A DNA stretch of 63,316 nucleotides, filler included, from Saprolegnia diclina VS20 (Eukaryota), in assembly GCF_000281045.1 (NCBI RefSeq). It is 15 parts of 6 records of this genome, joined end to end, with 100 filler letters (N's around TTAATTAATTAA, not from the genome) between each part and the next. Parts side by side here need not be neighbours in the genome. Positions count along the whole stretch, not along the records: positions 25,007 to 27,014 come from NW_008246239.1; positions 27,115 to 28,262 come from NW_008246239.1; positions 28,363 to 29,682 come from NW_008246240.1; positions 29,783 to 31,086 come from NW_008246240.1; positions 31,187 to 33,691 come from NW_008246240.1; positions 33,792 to 52,333 come from NW_008246241.1; 9 more parts are not named here. One strand, 5' to 3'. How positions within the stretch are numbered: the first letter of the stretch is position 1; the number at the start of each line of letters is the position of its first letter. Below the pieces are notes generated by a model, which worked only from the letters and a program-made list of their open reading frames with translations, made no database searches and was not told the DNA's origin. The position numbers were made by a program, and so were the translations under genes. This document shows, one piece after another, positions 25,007 to 38,085 of the stretch.

Positions 25007-26899
25007 GGGGCAAAGATAGGGCTGGGGAAGTTGGCAAGTTGGGTCGCGCCAAACGGCAACAGTTGGTTGGCGGCTTTTCGCTGACCAGAAAGCACATGGC
25101 TGTGTCCTTGCTCCAGCTGCTCGAACAGACGTCCTACCTGGGGCTGTGGTCGAGTCGCCGCTGGACTAAGCTTACACTGTTAGTGCGCGCCAAAGCCAGC
25201 CGGGTGAGGGATTTCGGGAAACAGAACTTGACCTTCCGGAGCTAAAGGGTGTAGGGGCGGTCAAGGAGGCGCAATGTGGTACAATTATGCAAAAAAAATC
25301 GATTTCGCGCCAAGCTATTCTAGTGCAGCGGATGTAAACGGCTCGAGTCGTTGCTGTAAGGAGCGCGAGATGGGCGTCGGAGAGGCAGTGCTGCCCACAG
25401 TACGGGCTCGTCGTCTCGGAGCTTTGGTTGGTGCTTCTGGGTGCCTCCAATGATTGCTTCGATCGCCGCATTGCATGTCCCACAGACGCACTTCAACGTC
25501 AAATACCAGTATCCTGGTTCCCCCATCCCTGTGGGCCAGGGGCGCATTTGATATTTCAATGCGGAGGCATCCACTACGTCAAGGAGCATCACGAGGGGTA
25601 TCCCAGTGTAAATTTTGATACATTTTTCCTTTCTTGTTATAGGAATATCACTGGCGAGTGCTTGAGAGAGAGCTATCTTGCCCGGTGAGGTGTTCGAGCC
25701 GTCGTAAAAGTCGAAGCAGCTACTCCATGGTCGGACAGGCAGCAGCCTCAACATCGGACAAGAAACGCGCCATCGAGAGCTACTTGAAGTACAGTAGCCG
25801 TAATGTGGATACTAACACATCGTTAGCTTCGCTCGAATGATTGCTCGGTCGGGGCCCAGCGCCAACGACGTCGGACCAGATGCGACCGCACTCGCTGACG
25901 ACGGTCGACGCAAGGGCTTGTCGTCTCATCATCACAACGGTCATTTATCGCTTGTCAAGCGTGTATCTGGCACTCTTTCAAGCTTGGTGCTCTACGTGTT
26001 GAAGCGCGCAGCTGCCGGTCAAGAGATCGGGCATGGGACCGGCCTTTCTGGTCGGACAGACGCGTCCGTGGCTGCAGAAAGCTACGACGATGCCGCAACA
26101 CAAGTTTGTATGCATATATTAATTGGACGAGTACTCTGGGACCCATTAAAGGGTGCGTCATTGCCGGCATAAGTGGTTCCGCGCCGCCTGCAACGACGTG
26201 GCCGTGTGTGCGGCTGGAATTCACCGCGTCAACACGTGGGTCCATCTGATGTCGATTGTGACAGGTGGGACTGACCCATGACCCAAGTATGGGTGCCTTT
26301 GTTGCTAACTTGCTGTCTTGGACGCCGCACAGATCATCTCCGCCGGATTCTCCCCACAAAGACGCGCGCCCGTAGTAGTATAAGCTTGGCGGGGACGCCA
26401 GTGACCAACGATTTCGTCCCAAAGACGAGGAGGGGAAGCTTACAACGCGAGGTCGAAATGCCAGGCGGGAGGGGGAAAAGGTGGCGATCTGTTCGACCAA
26501 GATCATGTCCTGGCACAGACCACCACGCGAGGGTTGCTCCGACCTTGAAGTTCGTGATCTGCTCACACCTTGTTGAGCCACACAGTATAGCGCCACACAC
26601 AGTCCTTGCGCTCTATTCGCTTGATGGCGGCTACATGCTGTGCCTTGGCTGACACGGTCGTGACAAGCGATGTTGTGCAGCACGATATGCGTGACTTCAA
26701 GTACATCCGTGCAGGGCCCGCTCCAGAGATAACGCTTTGGATGGCGAGCGGACGGGACGTAGCAGCCGCTGGCAACTTCAATTAGGTGCGAACTTGAAGT
26801 TGGACGTATCATCGACGCGCCATATAGACCTCAACTGATCAACCGATCAAAGGTCAAAAGATCCGGAGCAGCCCATCAGTCAACCCTATCTTTGCCCCC
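25007..26899 (-). mobile_element. Non-autonomous DNA transposon with TIRs; probable PIF/Harbinger-ISL2EU-like remnant
   Basis: Left ggggcaaagatagggctg (25007) is inverted to right caaccctatctttgccccc (26881-26899). Degenerate minus-strand peptide KCIKIYTGIP..LL...PKLRDDEPVLWAAL..LRR resembles the DDE_Tnp_4-associated HTH region. Confidence 0.6.
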
Positions 26900-26982
26900 G
26901 CGCCGCGTTGGTTGAAGCTACCGCGGCAACGATTGAACGCGTCGATCGGTTCACAAACCACACTTTCACTTTTGCTTTGTCC

Positions 26983-27014
26983 ATGGCATCGACGCCCAAG
27001 AACGACTATGCGGT
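26983..27014 (+). CDS. 5' fragment of MASTPKNDYA paralog
   Basis: atggcatcgacgcccaagaacgactatgcggt is near-identical to the 17583 start and has a similar pyrimidine-rich leader. Confidence 0.55.
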
Positions 27015-27114
27015 NNNNNNNNNNNNNNNNNNNNNNNNNNNNNNNNNNNNNNNNNNNNTTAATTAATTAANNNNNNNNNNNNNNNNNNNNNNNNNNNNNN
27101 NNNNNNNNNNNNNN

Positions 27115-27479
27115 GCGCCCGAGGCGAGTGTCCGGCTGCCGACGAGGTCGCCTTCGTCGATGCGCCAGCGCCGCAGCTCGTCCAAGTCGAGGCCAATCAG
27201 CGAGCTCGAGTTGGTCAGTGGCGTCGACGCCTTGGCTGTCGGCGCAGGTGCGTACATGTCGAGGACCGGCGGATCCGTTTGGTGGCGGCGACGGCGGTAG
27301 CGACAGCAGCAGCAAATGAGAATGAGGACAATGAGGGCACCACCGGCGATGGCGATGAGCGCTATCGGCGAGAGACCGACGACCGCGTTCTCGGTGGCCG
27401 TCGCTTGCAGCGCGCGGTGGGAGTGGTCTCGGCCGCGGAGCATGTGTGCAGTCGGCGGCGATTTGAAGATTGGCGCCAT
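27115..27479 (-). CDS. Single-pass membrane TKL kinase, N-terminal fragment
   Basis: TM helix followed by CCCCRYRRRR, then LDELRRWRIDEGDL...LASG (start of kinase subdomain I typical of oomycete TKLs). Cut by the gap. Confidence 0.7.
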
Positions 27480-28696
27480 CGGGTGAGACGCTGGCAAGCC
27501 CACTGTATCATTTTTCAAATTCGCATAAACCATACAAAATGCCGTTTCAAAGAGGTACGTGGCAATTCTGTTGCGGCAAAAAAGACTGATTTAAGGAAAT
27601 GACGGCCACCACCTCTGCCCGCGTGTTGCTGCACTGTGCGACAGCCCCGTTGTGTGCAAATATGCGGCGTGTTGGTCTCGTATCTCACGGCATGGGTCAA
27701 AGGCGCCGACGTGCTTGGCAACCGGCTGGCAAAGACACTAAAACTTTTAGCTCCGATGGACTCGTGTCCATAACCCGCCTTTGAATTCTTCTGCATCTCG
27801 TCCTTGTCGATCCATCTCGAGCGACGATGCGCTGACGTCGACGCGTACGTGCTCCAAATTTCTTGCGAGGGCGAATGGGTGCGTCACTCTGCGCACATCG
27901 GTCTGCAAGTATCCAACACCGAACTGCTGAGCTTCCTAGTACCCGCCTTCCATTCTACCGGCAACACTATTCATGCGCCAATAACGTTGTTGTTGAAGTG
28001 GGCCGTCTATTAAATACATACGTAAATCTACGCTAAATAAATTGTCGGACTTTCTTCGTTGTGTAGGCGCTGGTGTTGATCTTGATCTAGGCCGGCGGAG
28101 GCAGGACCGCGATCCGCGGGGCTGGCGCGGCCACTCGTGTTGAGCGAGGAGCCGGAGAAGGCGACGGAGAGCCATCCGCTCGGGCTTTTGAGCGAGGCTG
28201 TGGTGCAAGTGCATTTGAGCGAGACGCGCCGCCTTACGGCAATCGTCCAGGGACTTGGCCAGNNNNNNNNNNNNNNNNNNNNNNNNNNNNNNNNNNNNNN
28301 NNNNNNTTAATTAATTAANNNNNNNNNNNNNNNNNNNNNNNNNNNNNNNNNNNNNNNNNNNNGGTTTACGAATAAATAAATGTGGCAACGATCGGACAGT
28401 GGCGCGACGATGGCGGTCGTCGAGAGGGCAGCAGCAAGTGCAGCTTGGTACAGAGCCTCGCGCCCCTCGGCGTTGGAATCCTTCCATACTCGGGCGAGAG
28501 CATCCGGAATTGACTCACGCTCTTTTGTCACTTTGTCTTAAGGCGCTGGAAGAGCGGAGAAGACAGAAGCGCTTTTGGTATTTTCGAGAGCAACGGGGCA
28601 GTCTTGGTGCTCGACCGAGCGGACTTTGGCCAGCGTCGTGTTGTCCACACCAACGACGACGTTCCACGAGTCGTTCCAGCCGTAGAGATGACATCC

Positions 28697-29270
28697 TTAC
28701 TCTCCACACGCAACGCATTCAAGCCAAAGTCGCCCATGACGTCGCCGTAAAACAAGAACGGACACATGACGGAAGACTTGCATGTTGGAGAAAAAGAAGT
28801 CGAGCATCGTTGGGGTACCCGCCTTGAGCAGCGCACTTGGGAGCATGAACGAGTCGTTGGGCCACTTGGTCTTGTCCAAGGTCGCCGACTGCGCCACACA
28901 GGCGCCGAACATCGTTGGAAGCGTTGGAGACGCTCCGCCACATCTCGTCCAGGTGCGCCTTGAGGTCGGGACGGCCAAGCGCGATGGACTCGTCGCCCTC
29001 GAAGGTTTCATCATCCTCGCCAGCGTCTGCTTCTCGAGCTGCCCATCGCAGTCGTACACATCTTGCCCGGTGGCCGCTTCGTAATCGGCGGCGGCAGGCT
29101 CGAGCCGGGCGAGGCGCAGCTGGGTGGGGTCCATCGCAGACTGAGCGTGGTTCTTGGGGTCCTTCGTACAGCCCGTCATGGGCTTGTTGGTGGCAAAGCA
29201 CTCGATGCAGGCCCGTTTGCCGTCGCTGTTCACGAAGCGGTCCTTGGGATCGGGGCGGCCATGGCTGTGT
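28697..29270 (-). pseudogene. Hypothetical, probably frameshifted coding remnant
   Basis: Coding-like segments in shifting frames (GKRACIECF...; DETFEGDES...; MFGACVAQ...). No recognisable family. Confidence 0.25.
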
Positions 29271-29477
29271 GTGTCGTCAGCATCCAAATATCCAAATGGG
29301 CATCCATGCACTCCAAAACATGATGCGCAACTATGCATTGTTGGAGGTGGCAATGGCAGGGCCACCAATCAAAAGCCATCTAGTCGCCCAGAGCCACCAA
29401 TCAGATCGCTGGCCCTGGCTAGTGAAACGCGTCGCCGTGATTGGTGGCGCCTCGCAACCTCGTCACGCACGGGCTCT

Positions 29478-29682
29478 CGCCTCCCGTCCCTAATCCATGC
29501 CAGCCAGGCGGGCTTTGTCCGCGGTCGACGCCTCCACGACCAAGTGCACCTGCTCAACGCGCTGCAGCACGACGCCACCGCGCAACGAAGCGACGCGTGC
29601 GCGACGTTCCTCGACTTTCGCAAGGCCTACGACATGGTCGACCAGACGTTTTTGTTTGAGGCCATGGACACGATGAACATTG
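29478..29682 (+). mobile_element. Non-LTR (LINE) reverse transcriptase fragment
   Basis: LIHASQAGFVRGRRLHD...FLDFRKAYDMVD matches RT subdomains of L1/Tx1-like elements. Confidence 0.88.
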
Positions 29683-29873
29683 NNNNNNNNNNNNNNNNNN
29701 NNNNNNNNNNNNNNNNNNNNNNNNNNTTAATTAATTAANNNNNNNNNNNNNNNNNNNNNNNNNNNNNNNNNNNNNNNNNNNNACTCGTCATTAGGCATGG
29801 ACTGGGATGAAATAGTAGTATTTACAGTAAAACCTGAGTATAGTTCCCTTTGACAACGGGCTCTCGCCTCGAG

Positions 29874-30436
29874 CTCGGCAACGCGGTGCGCACGCTGTCC
29901 AAGTACCTCAACTGCTTACACGCCCGAGCACTGGGCCATGTCCCTGCGCGTGGTCCGGTACATCGTCGGTACGCTCGACTTTGGGCTCGTGTTCAACATT
30001 GAGGAAGCGATGACGTACGACGGCCTCTCGATCGAGTCGTGGGCAGACTCCGACTGGGCCAACGACACCAAGGACTACAAGTCGATCACGGGTTACGTCA
30101 CGAAGCTCAACGGCCAGACGATCTCGGCCAAGAGCTCCAAGCAGGACATCATCGGGACAAGTTCGTGCCATTCGGAGACGATCGCGGCCAGTACGGCTGC
30201 GCGCGACGTCATGTGGCTCGAGCAGCTCCTCGAGGAGTGTTCGATACAGCACACGAACTCGACGATGCTCATGGACAACCACGGCGCCATCTCGCTGTGT
30301 CAACGTCCAGGCTCGCACAAGCGCTCCAAGCACATCATGGTGCGCCACTTGGTGTGTCGCGAGTACGTGGAGAAGAACGGCTTGTCGATTCGCGCGGTCC
30401 CAAGTGCGTAGAAGTAAGCCGATCTGTTAACCAAGA
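29874..30436 (+). mobile_element. Ty1/copia RT-RNase H fragment, degenerate
   Basis: HWAMSLRVVRYIVGT, WADSDWA...KSITGY, KQ...SSCHSE, DNHGAI, HKRSKHI, then stops before ADLLTK. Confidence 0.92.
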
Positions 30437-31186
30437 CGCGCATACCTTCGCCAAGCAGCCGCCAACGACGCCGATCACCTATCATTGCGGCACCGCCTCG
30501 CCAACCATGACAGGCGTGGTAATCCGCCTCATTTGCCCCTTTGCTGGCAACAAGCGCGACTCCTGAAATTGAGGTACTTTGTCGAGGAGGGTGTTGATGT
30601 CGGGGCGGTGGTGGACGCGTCGAGACGTGCCTCGTTGAGTACTTCGACGTTGCTGTCGGGCGGTGTTGTCTGCTGCTGCCCATCGCTGGCCGCACAGGTG
30701 TCCCCCGGCGGTTGGCTTTCGGAGAGCAAGCCGTAGTGTGGCCGTCTTGCTACAGTTGACGCCAACTAGGCCGGATGGCCCGACACACCAGACGCCGTTG
30801 CTGACGGGTTTCGTGTGGAACGTTGACCGAGCGTGTGCGATACGCCGAATGGTGAGGTTTTATTGCCCCCGTTGTCGCCGATGTCGAGGCCGGGCTTTGC
30901 TTCGTGGGCCATCGCCGAGGTCAAAGCGAGGTGACGTGACCAACATCGCCGGACAGAGGTCGGAGCGCTCTTGTCGTGGCAGGGCGACGTCGAGGCGCAG
31001 CACGAATGTCGGCGTTGCGGCCAACCGTCGTTGGGGATCGCATTCAAGTCTACGAGGCAGTGGGCGCCTTCTTCCGATCTGGCTCGNNNNNNNNNNNNNN
31101 NNNNNNNNNNNNNNNNNNNNNNNNNNNNNNTTAATTAATTAANNNNNNNNNNNNNNNNNNNNNNNNNNNNNNNNNNNNNNNNNNNN

Positions 31187-33068
31187 TCTTGGGCTCCGGA
31201 AGCAAGTCGTCGCGTGTCGGGTCGATCAAGCTCTTGTATTCGTCCCAGTCGTACCAGACGTCGCCATCAAAGCCCGCGGCGGTGAGAATCCACGAGGCTA
31301 TGTCGACGCTCGGGCTCTTGTCGTCGTACATGGTGCGCGCGATCGCGAGATTGCACTTGTGTTTTGACACGTCGCGTGTCACAAGGTGCGCGAGTGCCGC
31401 CCACTCGCGGTTGTACGCCGCCAAGTAGATGCCTTGGTACGTAAAGTCGACGCCCGCCTCGTGAAGGAGAAAGTCGATCACGTCAGTGTGGCCTTGGCTC
31501 GCTGCGCGGTCCGTCGCCGCGTCCGTGTAGGCCTCGTGATACACATCATGGAGCTTGCGCATCCACTTGATCTTGCCCCAGTGCGCCGCCCACGCCATGG
31601 TGTTGGGGCTACGAACGCCGCGGGCGTAGAGGTCCCAAATCAGCTTCTTTCGACCGTAACTCGCAACACAGTCGAGCGTCGCAGGCGTCACGAGGTCGGG
31701 CCGCGATTCCATCAAGAAGAAGTAGAGGGCTTCGTCCATCATGCAGAGTGCGGCTTCAAATGCACGCAGCGACGGGCCTTCGCTCGGGCGGTGCGCCTGC
31801 AGAAACGTGACGACCTCCAAGTGTCCGTGACGCACCGCGGCATCCATAAGCTTAGAGCCCGCCGTTCCGACGGGCACAAGCGCGTGCAGCCACGCAACAA
31901 CCTCGAGGCGCCCTCGTCGCGCCGCTGTGGTCATGGCGTTCACGAGATTCCCGGTGTTTGGGTAGTGCGTTCGCAAAAACTGCACCGTCGGGAGATCTCC
32001 CAGCGCTGCCGCGTACGTGAGCGCCGCATCCGAGCAGCCCTCTGTGCGGTACGCGTGCAGAAATTCGAGCACCTCGAGCTGGCCGTTCCGTGCGGCGGCA
32101 TCCATCGTCTTGGTCGTACAGGCGACGCCATTGGCATGACACGCGCGAAGAAACCGCATGTCGCCGACCGCAGCGGCCATCGCAAACGTCTTTTCCGAAA
32201 AGTGAATCCCGCGCTCTTGCACGAGAAAGGCGAGAATTGCAGCATGCGCATGCGAGTCCCGGCGATTGTAGTACGCCTTGTCGAGGCCCGCGGTCGAGCA
32301 GCCTTCGTCGCGCGCGCAGTGGAGCCACCACACAGTCTTATAGTGGCCATGAGCGATTGCATCGTCCATGGCGTCCGTCGTGCAAAACTTGTTGCCGGCG
32401 CGCGTGAGGAACATGACCACGTCAATGTACCCGCGACCGGCTGCGTGGTCCAAAAGGTACGTCTTTCCGTCGGGCGTCTTAGAGAGGCGCGCAAGGTCGA
32501 CGCCATAGTCTTTCTCCAAGGCGTAGAGGAGCGTCGCGTGGCCGCCGTACGCCGCAGCATGGGCGAGCGCGATCGGACGGTCCAAGAAAGGCACGATCGC
32601 GTCACCCCAGCAGTTGCGCAAGCCGACTTCGTCAAGTGTGTCTGGTGGGATGGTCAAGACGTCCCTATCGCCGTCGACTGCAGCATCATCCTCGCCGTCG
32701 TCCGTGTTATGACGAGGCGGCGTGTCGTCGTCGTACGCATTCCGAAAGCCAAACGGGCATGTGGCGGGAGAGTGCGTGAGCGCTTGATACCGCGCATACA
32801 TCTCGGGTGTAGAAATGGACTCGAACGACCGACTCGTCCGGTCGCGCCACCGACGCGGGCCGCCTTCGGGCAGCATCGCGAGGTCGCCCTCCCAGTTCAT
32901 CGCGTACGCGTCGGCGTACACGGCTTCGATGACGTCGTCGCGGTGGCGAAAGTCCCCTTCCCACTCGCCGCGACCCAAGAGGTAGAGCGAGAGCGGGCCG
33001 GCAAAGTCAAAGATCAGCGTGCAGAGAGGGTCGTCGAGACCATCGATGCGCGCGAGAAGGTCTGTCAT
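31187..33068 (-). CDS. Ankyrin-repeat protein (CTTxAMDxAAxxGHL-type family), 3' truncated
   Basis: Many repeats, e.g. CTTDAMDDAIAHGH, CTTKTMDAAARNGQLEVLEFLH and LMDAAVRHGHLEVVTFL; N-terminal LCTLIFDFAGPL. Confidence 0.88.
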
Positions 33069-34508
33069 GCTGCGCGCAAAAACACAAATGCACCGTTTTG
33101 CTTGTTGGCGGCTTTTGGTCCATCGTAGTAATCGGCAACGTCTCTGGCGCTTGGAAGCAGATGGCATTGGTAATGATACCATGTGCAATCGAAGCATTTG
33201 ACCCCATTCGGTATATTCATTATTCTCCTCTGACGGAGCTACGAAGGACCTTACTAAAGTCGCTGCATGCTCTCACTGCGGGTCATGCCGTACTCGTAGG
33301 AGAAAGAGGCTTGGGTCTGGTATTGCGAGGTGCCATTTGCAGCCAAAATGTTGCCGTTGTCTGCGTTGGACTTGGGGACATTCCGACGTTACACACCGGA
33401 ACAAATTGGGTTGCAGCGGGGAAAGTGAGTGATGACAAAGCGTCAACGACCTACATTATCGGCGCATCGAACGTCACGACATCGCTTATGGGTCGACGGG
33501 AGCTGTTCACTGAGAGCTGCGAACGAAGGTTTCATATCACTCAACAGTAATCACAGAGGTATAGACGAACGCGTGCTAAAAGTTCGTTAGCTCCATCGTA
33601 CCAGCTGATATCTGTGACAGTACTCGCTATACTGTAGACCAGCAGTCATTAAGCACTGGTGCAAAACCGCCGCAAATTGCTCGGGTACAGTNNNNNNNNN
33701 NNNNNNNNNNNNNNNNNNNNNNNNNNNNNNNNNNNTTAATTAATTAANNNNNNNNNNNNNNNNNNNNNNNNNNNNNNNNNNNNNNNNNNNNCCAGTTCTG
33801 CTCCGACAATATATGAACGCGTTGTCTTCATGACAAAGCCTACGTCCGCGAGAACAGTGGAAGCGGGAGCACAAGTGAGTGAGGAAAGCAAAACATACAA
33901 GTGAGAGCTTCAGGTCTCTAGTAATGACTCAGCTGGTGGACTGCGTGGCCCGAAAGCCCGAGCGATGAACCGGATGGCAGTCCGGTTACTTCCGATCGGG
34001 TTGTGGAGAGGAAAAACTGATAGCCACGCCTAACCCTAGCGGCTTGCTCCGGGCAAAAGCCACCTCCACTGAAGCCAGAGACGTGAGCTCTGTTGGCGGT
34101 CACCAACCTTGTGCGTGGAGCCCCTGGGAACGTACCGTTCCGACTTCCGCGTAGAACGACCGGAAGGACATATTTGTTTACTGACATCAGTAAGGACGAT
34201 GCGGCCAGAGATAGTACTACAGGAAATTATACCAGTAGGATGCCACAGTCGTGGAAGGGCCGCCGTTCGAGGTGGGCGGTGCGCCTCGTTACGAATCCAA
34301 CGCTTTGGTAGATTATGGTTCGACAGCACAGACTATGGTACAAGCACAATTCGAATGTAGCACAACGCTATCACAAGCCCAGAACCTTGACGGAGCTCAC
34401 GTCCTCAAGTCCTCAGAGATGAACGTCGATCCTACACAGCTATCCACAGCAACAGATAGATCGTCCGTGGGCGTTTTAGCACCACCGAGTTTATCATTTC
34501 TCATTGTC

Positions 34509-34770
34509 TTATTGTACGATGCATTCGCCCACCATCGCTTCCGGTCCAAGGTTGGGAATCACCTTGATGCGTGTTTCGCGCCGATGTTCGTCTTGCGGGC
34601 GATTTGCTTTGAGAAACGCTAGGACCGCCTTGTGCTTTTTGGCCCTCTTGAACGCAAGTCGGGAGCAGACTTCGCTGCGATGTTGATGCAGAAACTGGAC
34701 GATGTCGAGGTCGCCGTTGGCGGCCGCAATGTCCATGGCGAGCTGCGAGCAAATGCCAATGGCTGGTCGA
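34509..34770 (-). CDS. C-terminal fragment of an ankyrin-repeat protein
   Basis: AMDIAAANGDLDIVQFLHQHRSEVCS; the upstream part lies in the N gap. Confidence 0.75.
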
Positions 34771-36657
34771 NNNNNNNNNNNNNNNNNNNNNNNNNNNNNN
34801 NNNNNNNNNNNNNNNNNNNNNNNNNNNNNNNNNNNNNNNNNNNNNNNNNNNNNNNNNNNNNNNNNNNNNNNNNNNNNNNNNNNNNNNNNNNNNNNNNNNN
34901 NNNNNNNNNNNNNNNNNNNNNNNNNNNNNNNNNNNNNNNNNNNNNNNNNNNNNNNNNNNNNNNNNNNNNNNNNNNNNNNNNNNNNNNNNNNNNNNNNNNN
35001 NNNNNNNNNNNNNNNNNNNNNNNNNNNNNNNNNNNNNNNNNNNNNNNNNNNNNNNNNNNNNNNNNNNNNNNNNNNNNNNNNNNNNNNNNNNNNNNNNNNN
35101 NNNNNNNNNNNNNNNNNNNNNNNNNNNNNNNNNNNNNNNNNNNNNNNNNNNNNNNNNNNNNNNNNNNNNNNNNNNNNNNNNNNNNNNNNNNNNNNNNNNN
35201 NNNNNNNNNNNNNNNNNNNNNNNNNNNNNNNNNNNNNNNNNNNNNNNNNNNNNNNNNNNNNNNNNNNNNNNNNNNNNNNNNNNNNNNNNNNNNNNNNNNN
35301 NNNNNNNNNNNNNNNNNNNNNNNNNNNNNNNNNNNNNNNNNNNNNNNNNNNNNNNNNNNNNNNNNNNNNNNNNNNNNNNNNNNNNNNNNNNNNNNNNNNN
35401 NNNNNNNNNNNNNNNNNNNNNNNNNNNNNNNNNNNNNNNNNNNNNNNNNNNNNNNNNNNNNNNNNNNNNNNNNNNNNNNNNNNNNNNNNNNNNNNNNNNN
35501 NNNNNNNNNNNNNNNNNNNNNNNNNNNNNNNNNNNNNNNNNNNNNNNNNNNNNNNNNNNNNNNNNNNNNNNNNNNNNNNNNNNNNNNNNNNNNNNNNNNN
35601 NNNNNNNNNNNNNNNNNNNNNNNNNNNNNNNNNNNNNNNNNNNNNNNNNNNNNNNNNNNNNNNNNNNNNNNNNNNNNNNNNNNNNNNNNNNNNNNNNNNN
35701 NNNNNNNNNNNNNNNNNNNNNNNNNNNNNNNNNNNTACGTCCTTCTATTCCCACAGCGACGACCCTCCGCTGCGTCGGAGGCAACGACGAAGGGAGAGGG
35801 TCAGCGGCGCTCCTTCCAAGCGTCATGACCCCTACGCATCGTCGTTGTGCTTTCCCATACTCGCTTGTCCAAGCTTGATGGGTGTGGAAAAGTTGCCTTG
35901 GGTATCGATATCATTTTGGTCGGACGCGCACTGCTCCCTTCGTCCCGAGAGGCTACCACGTCATAGAACTACGGTAGAGATCGATCGTACAGCACTTGAA
36001 TCCTTCGCCATCGTACATGTCATCCGAATTGTGTCTATCAACGTACTAGTACCTGCGTTGGCACACTCTTCAACGGTTCCCTCCTCGCGCCTTCGAGATG
36101 CTCGAGTGTCCGAGTGCATACAACGCTACTGATTCCTTTCACACGTGGTTGTGCTGTGACGAGTTGAAGTACCCATGGAAGAAGATGCTCGATCAGCATA
36201 CCCACAACGTCCATTGAGGATACAGTCGCATCAATCGGTTGAAAAGTGGCTTTAGCTATGTGTAGATCATCCTTCTTTTGCCTCGTCGCACTTCAAATTC
36301 CAGGTTTCTACTCGTTTTCGATAATATACAGTGTATACCGCGCATATACAGTGCAACGTTGGCAGCCCTCGATGTTGCACCTTCTTGACTCGTCCTAGTG
36401 CACCCGACCGGTAGGCGACAAATAAGACACAATAAGATTAGAGAATGGGATAGTAGCCTTGTCGCCGTACCGGTATGCGATCGTCTCGAACCGGCAGCAG
36501 CTGCAGACAATGGCTTCGCAATTTGCGGAATCATTATGGAATGTGGCAGCGAAAAAAAGTCGGATCGCGAATCGAGACATGCCATTCGTTACATTTCCAC
36601 CAATGAGAGCGCGCCCTCGCGGGGTGTGGCGCGCTGAACACCATTTCGCATTTCGCT

Positions 36658-37404
36658 ATGCCAAGCTCGAAGGGGTACTTGCCGATGGCCTTTACATCGC
36701 TCTTGCCCAGAACCATGGATTTGAAGCAGCCAGGGGCAATGAAGTCGTCGACGTCGCGCCGCACCAAGAACACGTCAAGCCACTACACGCTCTACGAGAT
36801 GCCGATCACATGCCCCATCACACGCCGGTCGTGGGTCCTCCGGAAGCGCTTCTCGGACTTTCTTCGCTTTCGCCAGCAGCTCCGGCTCCTCAGCTCGATG
36901 ATCTCGCCGCACCCGGACCAAGTCGTGACCATCGACATGATCCAGTCGATCCTCGCGGTGCCGTTTCCGAAGAAGCACAACTTTCACCGCTTCGAGTCGC
37001 ACGTGATTGCCGAGCGCACGGCCGGGTTCCGAAGCCTCCTGACCCAAGCCATGGTGTGTCGAACCGCGGCCGTGCTGTATGCACAGAAAGCCTCGCTCTT
37101 GCTCCAGTGCGCCAGCATGCCGTCGGCGTTAGCGCCGCTCGCGTCGCTGCTCGAGTCGTTTCTGAACGTCCCGCCGCACCTCAAGACGACGCACTTGGTC
37201 GAGAACGCCGCCGACGCGGGCTGTGCGATCTGCCTCTGCGAGTACGAAGAGCGCGAGTGGCACGTTGCGTGTCATATCGTCCAGCTGCCGTGTCGGCATT
37301 TGTTTCACGCCACCTGCGTGACCGAGTGGCTCCACGGCACGCAGACGTGCCCGCTGTGCCGCGCACCGACCAAGACCATGGCCGGCATTTACGTCGCACC
37401 ATGA
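36658..37404 (+). CDS. PX domain + RING-H2 protein (putative E3 ligase); start may be 36715 or 36739
   Basis: PX: YTLY...[17 protein letters not shown]...PFPKK...IAER. RING-H2: CAIC...[16 protein letters not shown]...CPLCR. Confidence 0.85.
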   Translation: MPSSKGYLPMAFTSLLPRTMDLKQPGAMKSSTSRRTKNTSSHYTLYEMPITCPITRRSWVLRKRFSDFLRFRQQLRLLSSMISPHPDQVVTIDMIQSILAVPFPKKHNFHRFESHVIAERTAGFRSLLTQAMVCRTAAVLYAQKASLLLQCASMPSALAPLASLLESFLNVPPHLKTTHLVENAADAGCAICLCEYEEREWHVACHIVQLPCRHLFHATCVTEWLHGTQTCPLCRAPTKTMAGIYVAP

Positions 37405-38085
37405 CAGGACAATATCTCCACCACCTAATCTATTTTCTCCACCGATACATCTAGTATATATAAATGGGTAGCGCACTCGACAGTCGCTGGGCGAGGCTGT
37501 ACCGCACACAGGGCGTGAGGAGCTATGGCGAGCGAAGAGAGAACCGGGTATGCTCCATGTGCTCATCGAGCGGATGGTAGCCCAGTTCTGCTCCGACAAT
37601 ATATGAACGCGTTGTCTTCATGACAAAGCCTTCGCATACGTAGAGACTAGCAATCTCTTTCTTCTTCATTCGCTCGCCGGGCCGTGGTTGCGCAGGAGCG
37701 TCTTGCTCCTGTGTAGTCGCCCGGGCGCAGGCGAGGACAAGCAAACGCTCGTAAAACTAAAGACGCTTCATGTGCTCACCTCTTAACCATGGCATTTCAC
37801 GAGGTAGCCCTCCTCGGCGCTACCAGTACTCACACGCTAGCCTCATCGAATTTGCATCTTGTACCGAAAAAGACCAATTAGCCAATTCATGAACGCGAGA
37901 TCAATAATAATATATCGACACGAGCCGCAACGAGCTCGGTGTCACGGCAGCATCGAGGGCTCGCCCGCCGCCTCAACGTTGACATACGACACCAATAGCA
38001 CCAACGTGCGATCTCAAGACATATACATGGGCACCGCCCCGTTTGCATTAGCATTTGAGGGTCATGATGTGCATACGAGACGGCA

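Larger units (their letters stand above)
33792..37631 (+). repeat. 50-bp exact direct repeat (33792-33841 / 37582-37631)
   Basis: ccagttctgctccgacaatatatgaacgcgttgtcttcatgacaaagcct is present at both sites. Confidence 0.85.

Noticed and set aside
27115..31086. Nested LINE/copia/kinase arrangement as one composite element
   Set aside because: The pieces lie on separate contigs divided by artificial spacers, so adjacency cannot be trusted.
34501..36132. Long ORFs of 398-476 aa
   Set aside because: Mostly X residues translated across a ~965-N gap.
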